This document shows positions 21,287 through 30,476 of a stretch of DNA of 64,000 nt, in pieces; position 1 is the stretch's first letter; every line of letters begins with the position of its first letter. Source of the DNA: an uncultured bacterium (GTDB lineage Bacteria > Bacteroidota > Rhodothermia > Balneolales > DATFMH01); the NCBI GenBank assembly GCA_963783355.1, contig CAWANF010000001.1, positions 520,728 to 584,727 on the forward strand, in the 5' to 3' direction. Made by a program: the position numbers and the translations under genes. Under the pieces are notes generated by a model that was given only the letters and a program-made list of their open reading frames with translations, was not told the origin of the DNA and searched no databases.

Positions 21287-22198
21287 TTGATCATTATGAG
21301 AGTATGTTTTCTGGGCCTTATTTTCATGCTGGCCGGTTTCCAAATATCATCAGGGAGGCCTTCAACACCGATGATTACGAATAATGCATACGACGACCAA
21401 TTGAATGCCGCTATTACGGCTTTTTATCAATCTCATTGGAATAAATCCGGGCAGTTGCTCCGGGAATTAAAGAAAGAAAGGCCTGAAGATATTCGTCCAT
21501 GGTTTTTCGAGGCGATGATCCCTTTTTGGAAATATTTCTTTGGAGGCAATAATCCGGCTGCTGCGAAAGAGTTTTATCAGAAATCGGAAAAAGCTATTCA
21601 AGTCGGGTTGAAGCATTTGAAAAAGGAGCCTTCGGATACGTCCGTCGTTCTGTTATTAAGCGGACTGTACGGCTACAGGAGCCTCGCAGCTGCTAATGAA
21701 AAAGAATATAAAATAGCACTTCAGTCGGGTATCAAAGGTTTTAGTTTTACACGCCACCTTTTGATGATGGATGATAATAATCCGAACGCTCTCATTGGAA
21801 AAGGAATCTTTCATTATATGATTGGCAGTACTCCGGTTGAATTACGCTGGATGACCAATCTTGTAGGATTTTCGGGAAGTGTAAAGATGGGATTAGCTGA
21901 GCTTACAAAAGCTGCGGATTCGAACAGCTATGTGAGTACTGATGCCATGATGATTTTATGTTACCTGTACAACAGGGATAAAAAATACCAGGAAGCTTTG
22001 GATTATGCCCAAAAACTGGTAAAAAGGTACAATGACAATATCATATTTAGATATTATTACGCAATGTCGTTGGAAAAATGCGGACATCGGCAACAGGCAG
22101 GACAGCAATACCAAATGATATTGAACAGGCCGGATTCCGGATTGGAAGAACTCAAAAAAATCAGTAAAAAACGGTTAACGGAACTTACATCGGATTGA
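21287..22198 (+). CDS. Secreted hypothetical protein with TPR-like helical repeats
   Basis: 303 aa. It has an N-terminal signal-like segment and helical repeats (ALDYAQKLVKRYNDNIIFRYYYAMSLEKCG). No catalytic motifs were recognised. Confidence 0.4.
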   Translation: MIIMRVCFLGLIFMLAGFQISSGRPSTPMITNNAYDDQLNAAITAFYQSHWNKSGQLLRELKKERPEDIRPWFFEAMIPFWKYFFGGNNPAAAKEFYQKSEKAIQVGLKHLKKEPSDTSVVLLLSGLYGYRSLAAANEKEYKIALQSGIKGFSFTRHLLMMDDNNPNALIGKGIFHYMIGSTPVELRWMTNLVGFSGSVKMGLAELTKAADSNSYVSTDAMMILCYLYNRDKKYQEALDYAQKLVKRYNDNIIFRYYYAMSLEKCGHRQQAGQQYQMILNRPDSGLEELKKISKKRLTELTSD

Positions 22199-22207
22199 GT
22201 AAAAAAA

Positions 22208-22230
22208 AGCCCGTCCATAACGAACGGGCT
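22208..22230 (-). terminator. Rho-independent terminator of the T9SS nuclease gene
   Basis: The stem agcccgt / acgggct is preceded on the plus strand by A8, which reads as a T-run after the hairpin on the minus strand. It lies 26 nt past the stop at 22256. Confidence 0.65.
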
Positions 22231-22255
22231 CATAACCTGCTGACAAATCCCGAAT

Positions 22256-24061
22256 TTATTTCATCAGGATCATTTTCTTTGTCATAGTAAAATTACTGCC
22301 GGTTTGTAGCCGGTAAAAATATATGCCGCTCGGAATATTCGAAGCATTAAAAGTAACAAGATGCTGGCCTCTGTTCATGTAGCGGCGATTAATCAGGGTA
22401 GTAACGTTTTGCCCAAGTACATTGTATACCTTCAATGTGACCATTTCCGATTTGGGAAGGGAAAATGTAATATTCGTTGTCGGGTTAAATGGATTAGGGT
22501 AGTTTTGTTGTAAATCTGGCCTGTTGGGTAATTGTGGCGCCGGATTGTCTGTTATAGCAAGCGTGGGATTGAATTTAAACCGGGCATAAACCGGGTAATG
22601 ATCGGATGTTGTATTGACATAATTTGTAATGTAATCTGTATTGGCTAATACCTGTGTACTGTCGAAAAAGTTCGTAAACAGTTCATTTGAAATGGTCATG
22701 TGATCAATCATTTCCGTCCCATGTGCATTCGAAGCCAGTTTTTGATTGCTAAGTAATTTTGTCACCACTTTGTAGTTTCCTGAATCATTTACAAAATTAG
22801 CATAGGGCGATGTCTGGTCATTGTAAATTGACACATCGACATCGTCGTTATAATCACCTAACAGGATAACAGGATAGGTATCCATGTTTTGATCCATATA
22901 TGATTTCAGGCTGTTGGAAGCGGCCACACGGCGGGAATAATCTGTCGCAGGATCGTTGGTCGACGCCTTGGCATGTACATCAATCATATAAATGACTTTT
23001 GTTATTCCGCCAATATGGGCGGCGAGAATGAATTCGAATGGCAAGCGGCCGTTGGCCCAGTCGTATGAAAAGTTCGGATCCTCGGTGTTATTGATCAGGC
23101 TGCTGCTCAGCGAATCAATCGTCGAAGTTTTGTAGACAAACGCTGTTTTTTGTTGTTGGCTGTAGGTAGCTTCCAGCCCTTTGTAACCAGGCAATAATCG
23201 AAGCAAATGCTCAAATGCACTGGTATTACTAACCTCCTGAAGAGCATAAACATCGGCATCAAGATTTTGCATTACCGTGGCTACATTTTGAACCTGAAGG
23301 CTGTCGTCTGCCGGACCAAGATTAGACGCCCCGAACCATTCCAGGTTCCAGGTAACGATATCGAACGTTTGATCTTTGGGTACATTTTCACCCGGATTCA
23401 CGAAAGGTTTGGCACCGACATCTTCAGGAAACCGGGGGAGAATCTGGTAAACGCCTTTATATTCACCAATTACACCGATAATATTTACCGTGCCAGATGG
23501 GGATTGCAGTCCAACCAGTGCCGTGTCATCGATATCGATACGTAAATCCATGGAACCGGATGCGTCCTGTATCGTGTAATTTGTATTGCCCTGGAATATT
23601 ACCTGTGTCGAAAATGATGCGGCGTTTATCTGAACTAATTGTCCCTCATAGGCTTCTGATACATCGTTGATAGTTATGACACTGGGGGAAACGGTGACTT
23701 TCGGTGTGCTGATGATCTGGTATGTAACATTACTCGAAATTTCCAGCAAGTCGTTATAATCAGCCAGGGTTCCGGTAACCACAACGGAATCACCGATTGC
23801 AACATCATCGACAAGTTGGGTGTTATAGACGGCGATACCCGCGGTATTATCCTGCATATAAGCGGGACCGCCAAACTGTCCGGCAACGGTGATTCGCCCT
23901 GCAATGGTAACGGTTGATCCGGCTCCTTTAGCTCTAGCGGATGCAATGGATTCTACGGTTGATTGATTCAGGACCTGGAATGCAGATGCCTTCGTTGAGG
24001 TGATTCCGAACGTAATAATAATCAGAAACAGGGATCTGGTAACATGTTTTATCATGAACAA
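22256..24061 (-). CDS. Secreted endonuclease/exonuclease/phosphatase (EEP) family nuclease with a T9SS C-terminal sorting domain
   Basis: 601 aa. EEP motifs are DIVTWNLEWFG and SDHYPVYARF. An N-terminal OB-like domain resembles that of ExeM/NucH-type extracellular nucleases. The C-terminus LQQNYPNPFNPTTNITFSLP...GIYFYRLQ is a type A T9SS sorting domain. Confidence 0.8.
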   Translation of the reverse strand: MFMIKHVTRSLFLIIITFGITSTKASAFQVLNQSTVESIASARAKGAGSTVTIAGRITVAGQFGGPAYMQDNTAGIAVYNTQLVDDVAIGDSVVVTGTLADYNDLLEISSNVTYQIISTPKVTVSPSVITINDVSEAYEGQLVQINAASFSTQVIFQGNTNYTIQDASGSMDLRIDIDDTALVGLQSPSGTVNIIGVIGEYKGVYQILPRFPEDVGAKPFVNPGENVPKDQTFDIVTWNLEWFGASNLGPADDSLQVQNVATVMQNLDADVYALQEVSNTSAFEHLLRLLPGYKGLEATYSQQQKTAFVYKTSTIDSLSSSLINNTEDPNFSYDWANGRLPFEFILAAHIGGITKVIYMIDVHAKASTNDPATDYSRRVAASNSLKSYMDQNMDTYPVILLGDYNDDVDVSIYNDQTSPYANFVNDSGNYKVVTKLLSNQKLASNAHGTEMIDHMTISNELFTNFFDSTQVLANTDYITNYVNTTSDHYPVYARFKFNPTLAITDNPAPQLPNRPDLQQNYPNPFNPTTNITFSLPKSEMVTLKVYNVLGQNVTTLINRRYMNRGQHLVTFNASNIPSGIYFYRLQTGSNFTMTKKMILMK

Positions 24062-24391
24062 GTGCCTCGTAGCTCAAATCTTGTGGATAGTTATAATTTT
24101 CCAGAATATACAATTTTTTTATTAACCTGTTCGTAAAAATACTGTTAAGTCCAAAATAGTATGATGAATGACAAAATATTACGCCACTTTTGGTAAAAAA
24201 TGTTCCCGATAAACTGTTTGAATAAACATAGAAATGTCTTTAATTTGACCGTAGTCCGGGAACGGGCGGGTAATATTTGTAGAATTTATTTAAATCGACA
24301 GTACCTATGAAAGAGATAATGGAACAAAAGATTAACCAGTCTTGTTGATGATACTGCCACATCGATCATAAAATCGAAATAAATCCCTAGA

Positions 24392-24595
24392 ATGGAAGGT
24401 ATCGAAATGGAAATAGCTGAATCTCTAGCTGACGATCTTCAGAATAAAATTGAAATGACTGAGGATATGATTCATGAATTTGAACACTCTAAGCCTCAGA
24501 AGGCGATAGAATTACGAGGAAGGCTTTACGCTATCCAGGTTATCCTGAATGAAATTGAAGAAGAGTATGTCGAAATGGCTCTAATGCTCAATTAG
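24392..24595 (+). CDS. Small acidic hypothetical protein
   Basis: A 67-aa ORF, strongly acidic and helical (…EIEEEYVEMALMLN), followed by a bidirectional terminator. No recognisable family. Confidence 0.3.
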   Translation: MEGIEMEIAESLADDLQNKIEMTEDMIHEFEHSKPQKAIELRGRLYAIQVILNEIEEEYVEMALMLN

Positions 24596-24632
24596 AGGCG
24601 AACAATGATTTTAGCAGAATAGGTAAAAAAAA

Positions 24633-24660
24633 AGGAAGCCACTTTTCAGTGTGGATTCCT
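24633..24660. terminator. Bidirectional rho-independent terminator between convergent small genes
   Basis: The stem aggaagccac / gtggattcct has one mismatch, with an A-run upstream and a T-run downstream. Confidence 0.65.
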
Positions 24661-24685
24661 TTTTTATTGAAACTCAGTCTTCGTA

Positions 24686-24859
24686 TCAGTCTTTTTTCAA
24701 AGTTTGAATTTCTATACGGATATCCTGACAAAGGTTTTTCAGATCCTGAAGCTGTTTACGAGCGCGTGTACCAGCTGTTTTGTTACCTTTACTGTAGAAT
24801 TTATCCATGTCTGATTCCAAAGATCCGACCAAATTTTTCAACTCCTCATATCGACTCAT
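24686..24859 (-). CDS. Bacteroidetes-type histone H1-like small DNA-binding protein
   Basis: At 57 aa it is too short for the ORF track. My hand translation is MSRYEELKNLVGSLESDMDKFYSKGNKTAGTRARKQLQDLKNLCQDIRIEIQTLKKD. The KGNKxAGTRxRK core is the hallmark of this family. A GGAG lies 7 nt upstream of the ATG. The 24649..24864 + ORF on the opposite strand is spurious. Confidence 0.8.
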   Translation of the reverse strand: MSRYEELKNLVGSLESDMDKFYSKGNKTAGTRARKQLQDLKNLCQDIRIEIQTLKKD

Positions 24860-25056
24860 GTTAGTCTCCGTTTGTTAGGTTAAATTGATTTAAATTATTC
24901 AAAAAGCGTGTGAATAGGTAAATACCCCTCTCACTTACTGCACAGATGAATCTAAATAGAAGTGCATGTCCTGTCAAGCACAAAACGCGTTATAAGCAAA
25001 AAAAAAGCAATTTTCGTGGAAAATTTACATTGGTGATTGGCGGGAGTTTGAAAATA

Positions 25057-25728
25057 TCAGATTCGAGACCCTTTATATAATATTTCTTTAGAGCCAGATA
25101 AATCAGGTACTTGACCGAATACTTTTGTAGTGGTCAAACGAAAAGAAATGGGGTTTTCGATCACTTCGCCCGGGAAATAATTATTTTTGTAGTGTTCGTC
25201 CAGTTTTTCCCATTTTATTGACGCCGTTGGTGTTTGGCTGGCAAATATCTCATCTTTTTCATTACTGGAGAACGCAAATATCTCATCACATTTTAATGCT
25301 TTTTTCAGTTGAGTCAGTAAAGGAACAACCGGGTAATTCCTGGGTTCATTAGTGCTTTTAATACCAATGAGATTCGATAAGATGAGATAGGTCGAATTTG
25401 GCAGGGACTGAAAAAAGCCGGTATTAACCATTAAATCATTAGTCAAGGGATCAAGAATGATCGAATTTCGCTGATAAGGATTCATCCCGATTGCAGAAAC
25501 ACCACTGTCGGCTAGTAGTGTAACGATGCGCGTGTTCAGTTCTTTTGTACTCCGTATTCGGGCATCTTCTCTCATCATACCTGTTTGAATCAGGCGATCG
25601 GTATACGGACTCTCGCCATGTACAATAATACCCTGTACTTTATTCTGTCTGGAGACAGCCTGCGCGAAAGCTTTCATAAACATGTTGTTTTCCAGGTGTT
25701 GAAAATCGAGTAATGCCAGGTATTTCAT
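25057..25728 (-). CDS. Hypothetical protein with weak amino-acid-kinase-like (AAK fold) features
   Basis: 223 aa. GIIVHGES...TKELNTRIVTLLADSGVSAIGMNP resembles the NAGK/AAK pattern (VHGGG...vn..lv..l...G..avGl), but the N-terminal KxGG phosphate loop is missing. Confidence 0.3.
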   Translation of the reverse strand: MKYLALLDFQHLENNMFMKAFAQAVSRQNKVQGIIVHGESPYTDRLIQTGMMREDARIRSTKELNTRIVTLLADSGVSAIGMNPYQRNSIILDPLTNDLMVNTGFFQSLPNSTYLILSNLIGIKSTNEPRNYPVVPLLTQLKKALKCDEIFAFSSNEKDEIFASQTPTASIKWEKLDEHYKNNYFPGEVIENPISFRLTTTKVFGQVPDLSGSKEILYKGSRI

Positions 25729-25782
25729 AAAAAAATAGATGAAGATTGAATATTTAACCGGTTTAACGCTGAATTAAACCTT

Positions 25783-26505
25783 TTAGTTTGATTTTATTTC
25801 TTTATTTAAAGATTGGGATTGAAACGAATAGGGGAGCAGGTGTGAAGATATATGAAAGGATTCCGTACCATTGGCATGAAATAAATGAACCGGCTTGTGA
25901 GGCATATGTTCGACAATAACCTGCCGGCATGCGCCGCAGGGACTGCTGAATTCTCCATATCGGGTATGGATGAATATTTCACTTAAATCCGTGTAACCCG
26001 AAGCCAGGGCCTTCGCTATCGAAAGCCGTTCGGCACATAAGCCCAGGCGCCATTCCGAGCATTCCACATTGACACCACTAATGAAGCCATCAGGGGTTTT
26101 TAATAAAGCAGAAACGGGGAAATGAGAATTAGGAACTACAGCCATATCCAATAGCCTGGTCAGCGTTTCGCGAACATCTGCATCCTTAGAAAGTACATTT
26201 CTGAAAGGTTCGATATTGCTTATATCATCGGTTGTTACGAGTTCTAAATTATATTCCTTTTCCCAGAAATGCAGTATAACCGAGTGATTGCCGGTATTCT
26301 CAGGTAAGAGCAGTTGCTGTGGCACATCACCTTCCGATAGGCAGGTGAATAACGCAGCCTGCACATCATCAATCGTATCGGGGAATGCAATATTTTCAAT
26401 TCGTACTCCCGGATAAAAAATATTTTTTCGGCCTTTGACCAGGCAGACACCGGGTTTTCCGGAATAAGGCACATATGAACGTGCCATTAAAGTTTCCCAT
26501 TTCAT
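25783..26505 (-). CDS. Cytidine/deoxycytidine deaminase-family protein, tandem-domain type (degenerate N-domain plus intact C-domain)
   Basis: 240 aa. The C-terminal half has the zinc/catalytic motifs LCAERLSI and SPCGACRQVIVEH. The N-terminal half keeps the CDA scaffold (SYVPYSGKP...GVRIENIAF) but lacks CAE and PCxxC. Confidence 0.75.
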   Translation of the reverse strand: MKWETLMARSYVPYSGKPGVCLVKGRKNIFYPGVRIENIAFPDTIDDVQAALFTCLSEGDVPQQLLLPENTGNHSVILHFWEKEYNLELVTTDDISNIEPFRNVLSKDADVRETLTRLLDMAVVPNSHFPVSALLKTPDGFISGVNVECSEWRLGLCAERLSIAKALASGYTDLSEIFIHTRYGEFSSPCGACRQVIVEHMPHKPVHLFHANGTESFHISSHLLPYSFQSQSLNKEIKSN

Positions 26506-26516
26506 AGAATCTCTCT

Positions 26517-29468
26517 TTAATTTGCTTTGTTTATACTCGAAACGACCGCATCGGCCACTTTCGATCGAACAGCGTTAATCCCCTTACTGCCATTGCGTTG
26601 GGGATATGTTCTGTTGGTCAATATAATAACGGCAAGTTTTCTGGTTGGATCAATCCAAAAGCTTGTTCCCGTGAAACCCAGATGTCCAAAGGTTTTATCA
26701 CTCATTAATTGTCCGGCTGTACTGAATCCTTCCGGTGATTTCAAGTCAAATCCATAGCCTCTTCCGGAAACAGAGGATTCTTTTTTCGTAAATAATTCAA
26801 CCGTTTTGGGATTGAATATTTGCTGTCCTTCGTAGTTCCCTTTATTCAGTAACAATTGACAAAATTCTGCTAAATCGTGTGCACTTGAAAACAAACCGGC
26901 ATGTCCGGCGACGCCACCCATATAATAAGCCCGTTCGTCATTGACTTCGCCTTTAAGCAAACGATGCCGATATACGGTGTCAATTTGGGAAGGGGGAATT
27001 CGACTTACCATCCATGAACCCCTGCGGGAAGGATTGAACATTGTATCATACATATCCAGCGGATAGTATATATTTCCTTCGGCAAATTTATCCAGGGGCA
27101 TACCGCTTATTTTTTGAACAATAGCACCGAGGATGATAAAACCCAAATCGCTGTACACATATTTTTTCCCCGGAGTGTATTCCAGTGGTGTTGTCAAAAC
27201 ATTCTTCAGAAAAGAGGCCTCATCAACTTTATGGATGTCTTTGAGCGAATTGTCCGCAGGCAGGCCGGAAGTATGGGTCAATAATTCTTTGATGGTCACT
27301 CTTCGCTTCAGACCATGACGGAATTCCCGGAAATATTTGTAAACATGATCCGTCAGTTTGATTTTCCCCTCGTCATACAGTTTCATTATTGATGCTGTCG
27401 TTGCGACAATTTTAGTCAGGGACGCCAAATCATAAATATCCGTAGTCTTTATTGGGTTGGTCTTTTTATACGTTTCATAGCCGAATGCTTTTTCATATGG
27501 GATGATACCATCTTTGACGACAGCGACCACTCCGCCGGGAAAGACCGAATCGCGAATCGCCCTGTTCATGATTTTGTCGATGTTATACAGCGAATCGCGC
27601 GACATATCGACAATTTCCGGGGAATCCGGGCGAAGGATTGTCTTATCGAGGGTCAGTCCGTCACCTCGTTTGTAATACGGCGGAATGCTTATCGGAAGGG
27701 TACCGCTGATTTTAGAGGCTCCGAAAAGGGCAGGCACGGTTTGATAAACCTGATTATCGGCGGCCGACCATGCACAAACCTGGACATCGGCCTTCGGGAA
27801 ATCCCTGATTACATACGGATTACCGAAAGCAATCAAAACCGTGGGTTTCCTGAGAGAATTCAAACGTTTTACGAATGCAATTTGCTCATTGGATAGTTGA
27901 ATTTTAGAAGCCATATGCACATAAACAAAGGAGCCCACAACAATCAGGCTGGATTTCCTGGCATCGTCAATGATTTCCTGTAAATCCTCTTTGCTCGTCC
28001 TCTTGTCGTATATATGAAACGTCACATCAGGATGATATTCCCTCATTGCCACAGCCAAAGCCTGTCCGGTGGTTCCCGAGTCGTCATCCGACATAGCAAC
28101 TACGGTAATTTTCGGATATTTATGAGGAATAATTGGAAGGATATCACCTTTGTTTTTTAAAACCGTGACCGATTTTCTGGCAATTTCCCGGGACAGCAGG
28201 ATATGATCGAGGGTATGAATATGTTCATATAAATCTTTGACATCAACCAGATCGTTGTTGAACAGGCCTTTCTCAATCTTCCATCGCAGGATTTTTCTCA
28301 CGGATTGATCGATTCTTTTTTCGGACATTTTTCCCGTTTTTACGGCATCGGCCACATCATTAATTGCGGTGTTTTCATCGGGTGAAAGAATCAGGAGGTC
28401 GGCCCCCGCTTTTAATGCCATGATGGATGCTTCACCCGGAGAATAATTCGAGGCGATACCCTGCATTTCCAGGGCATCCGTAACGACAACTCCTTTAAAA
28501 TGAAGGCTGTCGCGAAGCAGATCGTGCAAAATGTGTGGATCTAATGTTCCCGGTAGTTTGATATTTCCACTAATCTTCGGAAAAGCTATATGAGCGCTCA
28601 TAATACTTGGCACTCCTTTATCGATCAAATACTTAAACGGAACTAATTCAACCGTATCCAGGCGTGCAAAGCCGTAATGACTAACGGGAAGCGCCACATG
28701 CGAATCGACGTCCGTATCCCCGTGCCCCGGGAAATGCTTCGCCGTTGGAATGATGCCTTCGTCCAGGACACCCCGCATGAAAGCGTCGCCATATATTGCA
28801 ACAGTCTTGGGATCTTCAGAGTAGGAACGGACATTGATAATCGGGTTGTCCGGGTTGTTATTTACATCCACGACCGGGGCAAAAATCTGGTCGACACCTA
28901 TGGCGCGGGCTTCGTAACCGGTTATGCGGCCGGTTTGATACGCATAATACGGATTTCCGGTGGCTGCAATGCCCATATTTGGGGTAAAACGCGTACTTCT
29001 ATGAATTCGCATAGCCGGGCCAAATTCCATGTCTTCGGCAATCCAGAGAGGAATCTGGCTCATCTGCTGCAGTTTGTTGGTCAGTTCCGCCTGCCCATAC
29101 ACATTGCCACTGAAAAATATGACTCCGCCGATATGATCATTCTGAATTTCCCTTTTCAGTTTGAGAAAATCGTCGGAATCAACGCTCAAATAATTACCAT
29201 TGGCGCGTGTCATAAATAGCTGTCCGACTTTTTCTCTCAGGGTCAGGTTATCGAGTATGGCATCGACATCGGTGCTGTCCGCTTTTTTATATCCGGCCGG
29301 CAGAGCGGGCTGAATCGCTGATTGTGCATAAGTACTAACGGCAAATACAAGCAATAATGAACATAGAAACAGTTCCCTAAAACAAAGTTTCCTGTTTATG
29401 AAATTTGATTTATGCACGGAGTCGCCGTTGAAGAAAGTCTGTATCATAATAATTTTAACCCTTAACAC
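26517..29468 (-). CDS. Glycoside hydrolase family 3 (NagZ-like beta-N-acetylhexosaminidase) fused to a serine beta-lactamase/transpeptidase-like hydrolase
   Basis: 983 aa. GH3 motifs are KHFPGHGDTDVDSH and VVVTDALEM. The C-terminal domain has the SxxK motif ASLTKIVATT, YSDLGF and HLGFTGTS. It has a signal peptide. The track start is a GTG at 29468, with an alternative ATG at 29447. Confidence 0.85.
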   Translation of the reverse strand: MLRVKIIMIQTFFNGDSVHKSNFINRKLCFRELFLCSLLLVFAVSTYAQSAIQPALPAGYKKADSTDVDAILDNLTLREKVGQLFMTRANGNYLSVDSDDFLKLKREIQNDHIGGVIFFSGNVYGQAELTNKLQQMSQIPLWIAEDMEFGPAMRIHRSTRFTPNMGIAATGNPYYAYQTGRITGYEARAIGVDQIFAPVVDVNNNPDNPIINVRSYSEDPKTVAIYGDAFMRGVLDEGIIPTAKHFPGHGDTDVDSHVALPVSHYGFARLDTVELVPFKYLIDKGVPSIMSAHIAFPKISGNIKLPGTLDPHILHDLLRDSLHFKGVVVTDALEMQGIASNYSPGEASIMALKAGADLLILSPDENTAINDVADAVKTGKMSEKRIDQSVRKILRWKIEKGLFNNDLVDVKDLYEHIHTLDHILLSREIARKSVTVLKNKGDILPIIPHKYPKITVVAMSDDDSGTTGQALAVAMREYHPDVTFHIYDKRTSKEDLQEIIDDARKSSLIVVGSFVYVHMASKIQLSNEQIAFVKRLNSLRKPTVLIAFGNPYVIRDFPKADVQVCAWSAADNQVYQTVPALFGASKISGTLPISIPPYYKRGDGLTLDKTILRPDSPEIVDMSRDSLYNIDKIMNRAIRDSVFPGGVVAVVKDGIIPYEKAFGYETYKKTNPIKTTDIYDLASLTKIVATTASIMKLYDEGKIKLTDHVYKYFREFRHGLKRRVTIKELLTHTSGLPADNSLKDIHKVDEASFLKNVLTTPLEYTPGKKYVYSDLGFIILGAIVQKISGMPLDKFAEGNIYYPLDMYDTMFNPSRRGSWMVSRIPPSQIDTVYRHRLLKGEVNDERAYYMGGVAGHAGLFSSAHDLAEFCQLLLNKGNYEGQQIFNPKTVELFTKKESSVSGRGYGFDLKSPEGFSTAGQLMSDKTFGHLGFTGTSFWIDPTRKLAVIILTNRTYPQRNGSKGINAVRSKVADAVVSSINKAN

Positions 29469-29580
29469 CTTTCGCAGTTTGTATATACAGATGAGAATGT
29501 TGAATAGCGTTTAGGCCAATATCTTGAATTTTAACCTTAAAATCTGACCCATTTCTGTTTTTTGGGATTTTTTTCTGATA

Positions 29581-30474
29581 TCAATCCTGCTGTTGATTCA
29601 TCATGTATAAACAGGCGCCGACAGCCGGTTCAAGTGCCGGTGTCTGCCAGCGAACATCAGGAATCAGCTCATAAATGTTTTCACGTAAAATGTTCTGATA
29701 ATACTTTTTTCGCTGCAGGCCGCCCGTCAAAATGATGGATGGTGATTTCATTGCCAGCTTATCTTTTACCCGTTTAACCTGGCGGGCAAGTAAGGTTCCA
29801 TCATTTTGAATGATCGTCCGGCAAATTTCATCCCCGGATTCTGCAGCCTGCAATACGAAAGGGGCTATAATTTGCGGCTCAAATTCATCACTGTAGATAA
29901 AATGAATAAAGTCATCGCGATCATTGATACCGAAATTCTGTCGAACAAAATCCATCAATGTTGTTTTATGGCCGCCGTCAAGCATTTTACTGATAGCTTT
30001 TAAGCCCGCGATAGCAATGTGATAACCGCTGCCTTCGTCACCAATGAGATAACCGTAACCGCCAGCCCGCTCCCAATGGTCTTGTTGCCTTCCCAGCACG
30101 ATGCTTCCGGTGCCTGTGATGACAAGAATACCGTTCTCATCATGAAAAGCCCCGACATGGCCGACGATAGCGTCGGATGTCACTTTGTATTTGTATTTGC
30201 TTTCCCTGAGTAAAAGAGCCGATTGAAGCGTCTGTTGTTCTTCAATCCGGCCGGCTCCTGCCAGCCCGATACAAATCCCTTTAATATCCGATGGCGAACA
30301 TTCCCCGATTACAGGCTGAATCAAATCGAAAATTTTTTCAGCCTGTTGCTTTATCGTAAGATATTTCGCGTGTATACCGGAGCGTTTCGATTTATATTTT
30401 ATGTTTAATTCTTTATCGACGCAGACCACAGTTGACTGTGTACCCCCCGCGTCAATCCCAAGCCAGTACCCCAT
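29581..30474 (-). CDS. BadF/BadG/BcrA/BcrD-type ATPase (N-acetylglucosamine kinase-like sugar kinase)
   Basis: 297 aa. It has the ASKHA N-terminal motif WLGIDAGGTQS plus VITGTGS and GDEGSG. Confidence 0.75.
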   Translation of the reverse strand: MGYWLGIDAGGTQSTVVCVDKELNIKYKSKRSGIHAKYLTIKQQAEKIFDLIQPVIGECSPSDIKGICIGLAGAGRIEEQQTLQSALLLRESKYKYKVTSDAIVGHVGAFHDENGILVITGTGSIVLGRQQDHWERAGGYGYLIGDEGSGYHIAIAGLKAISKMLDGGHKTTLMDFVRQNFGINDRDDFIHFIYSDEFEPQIIAPFVLQAAESGDEICRTIIQNDGTLLARQVKRVKDKLAMKSPSIILTGGLQRKKYYQNILRENIYELIPDVRWQTPALEPAVGACLYMMNQQQD

Positions 30475-30476
30475 TC

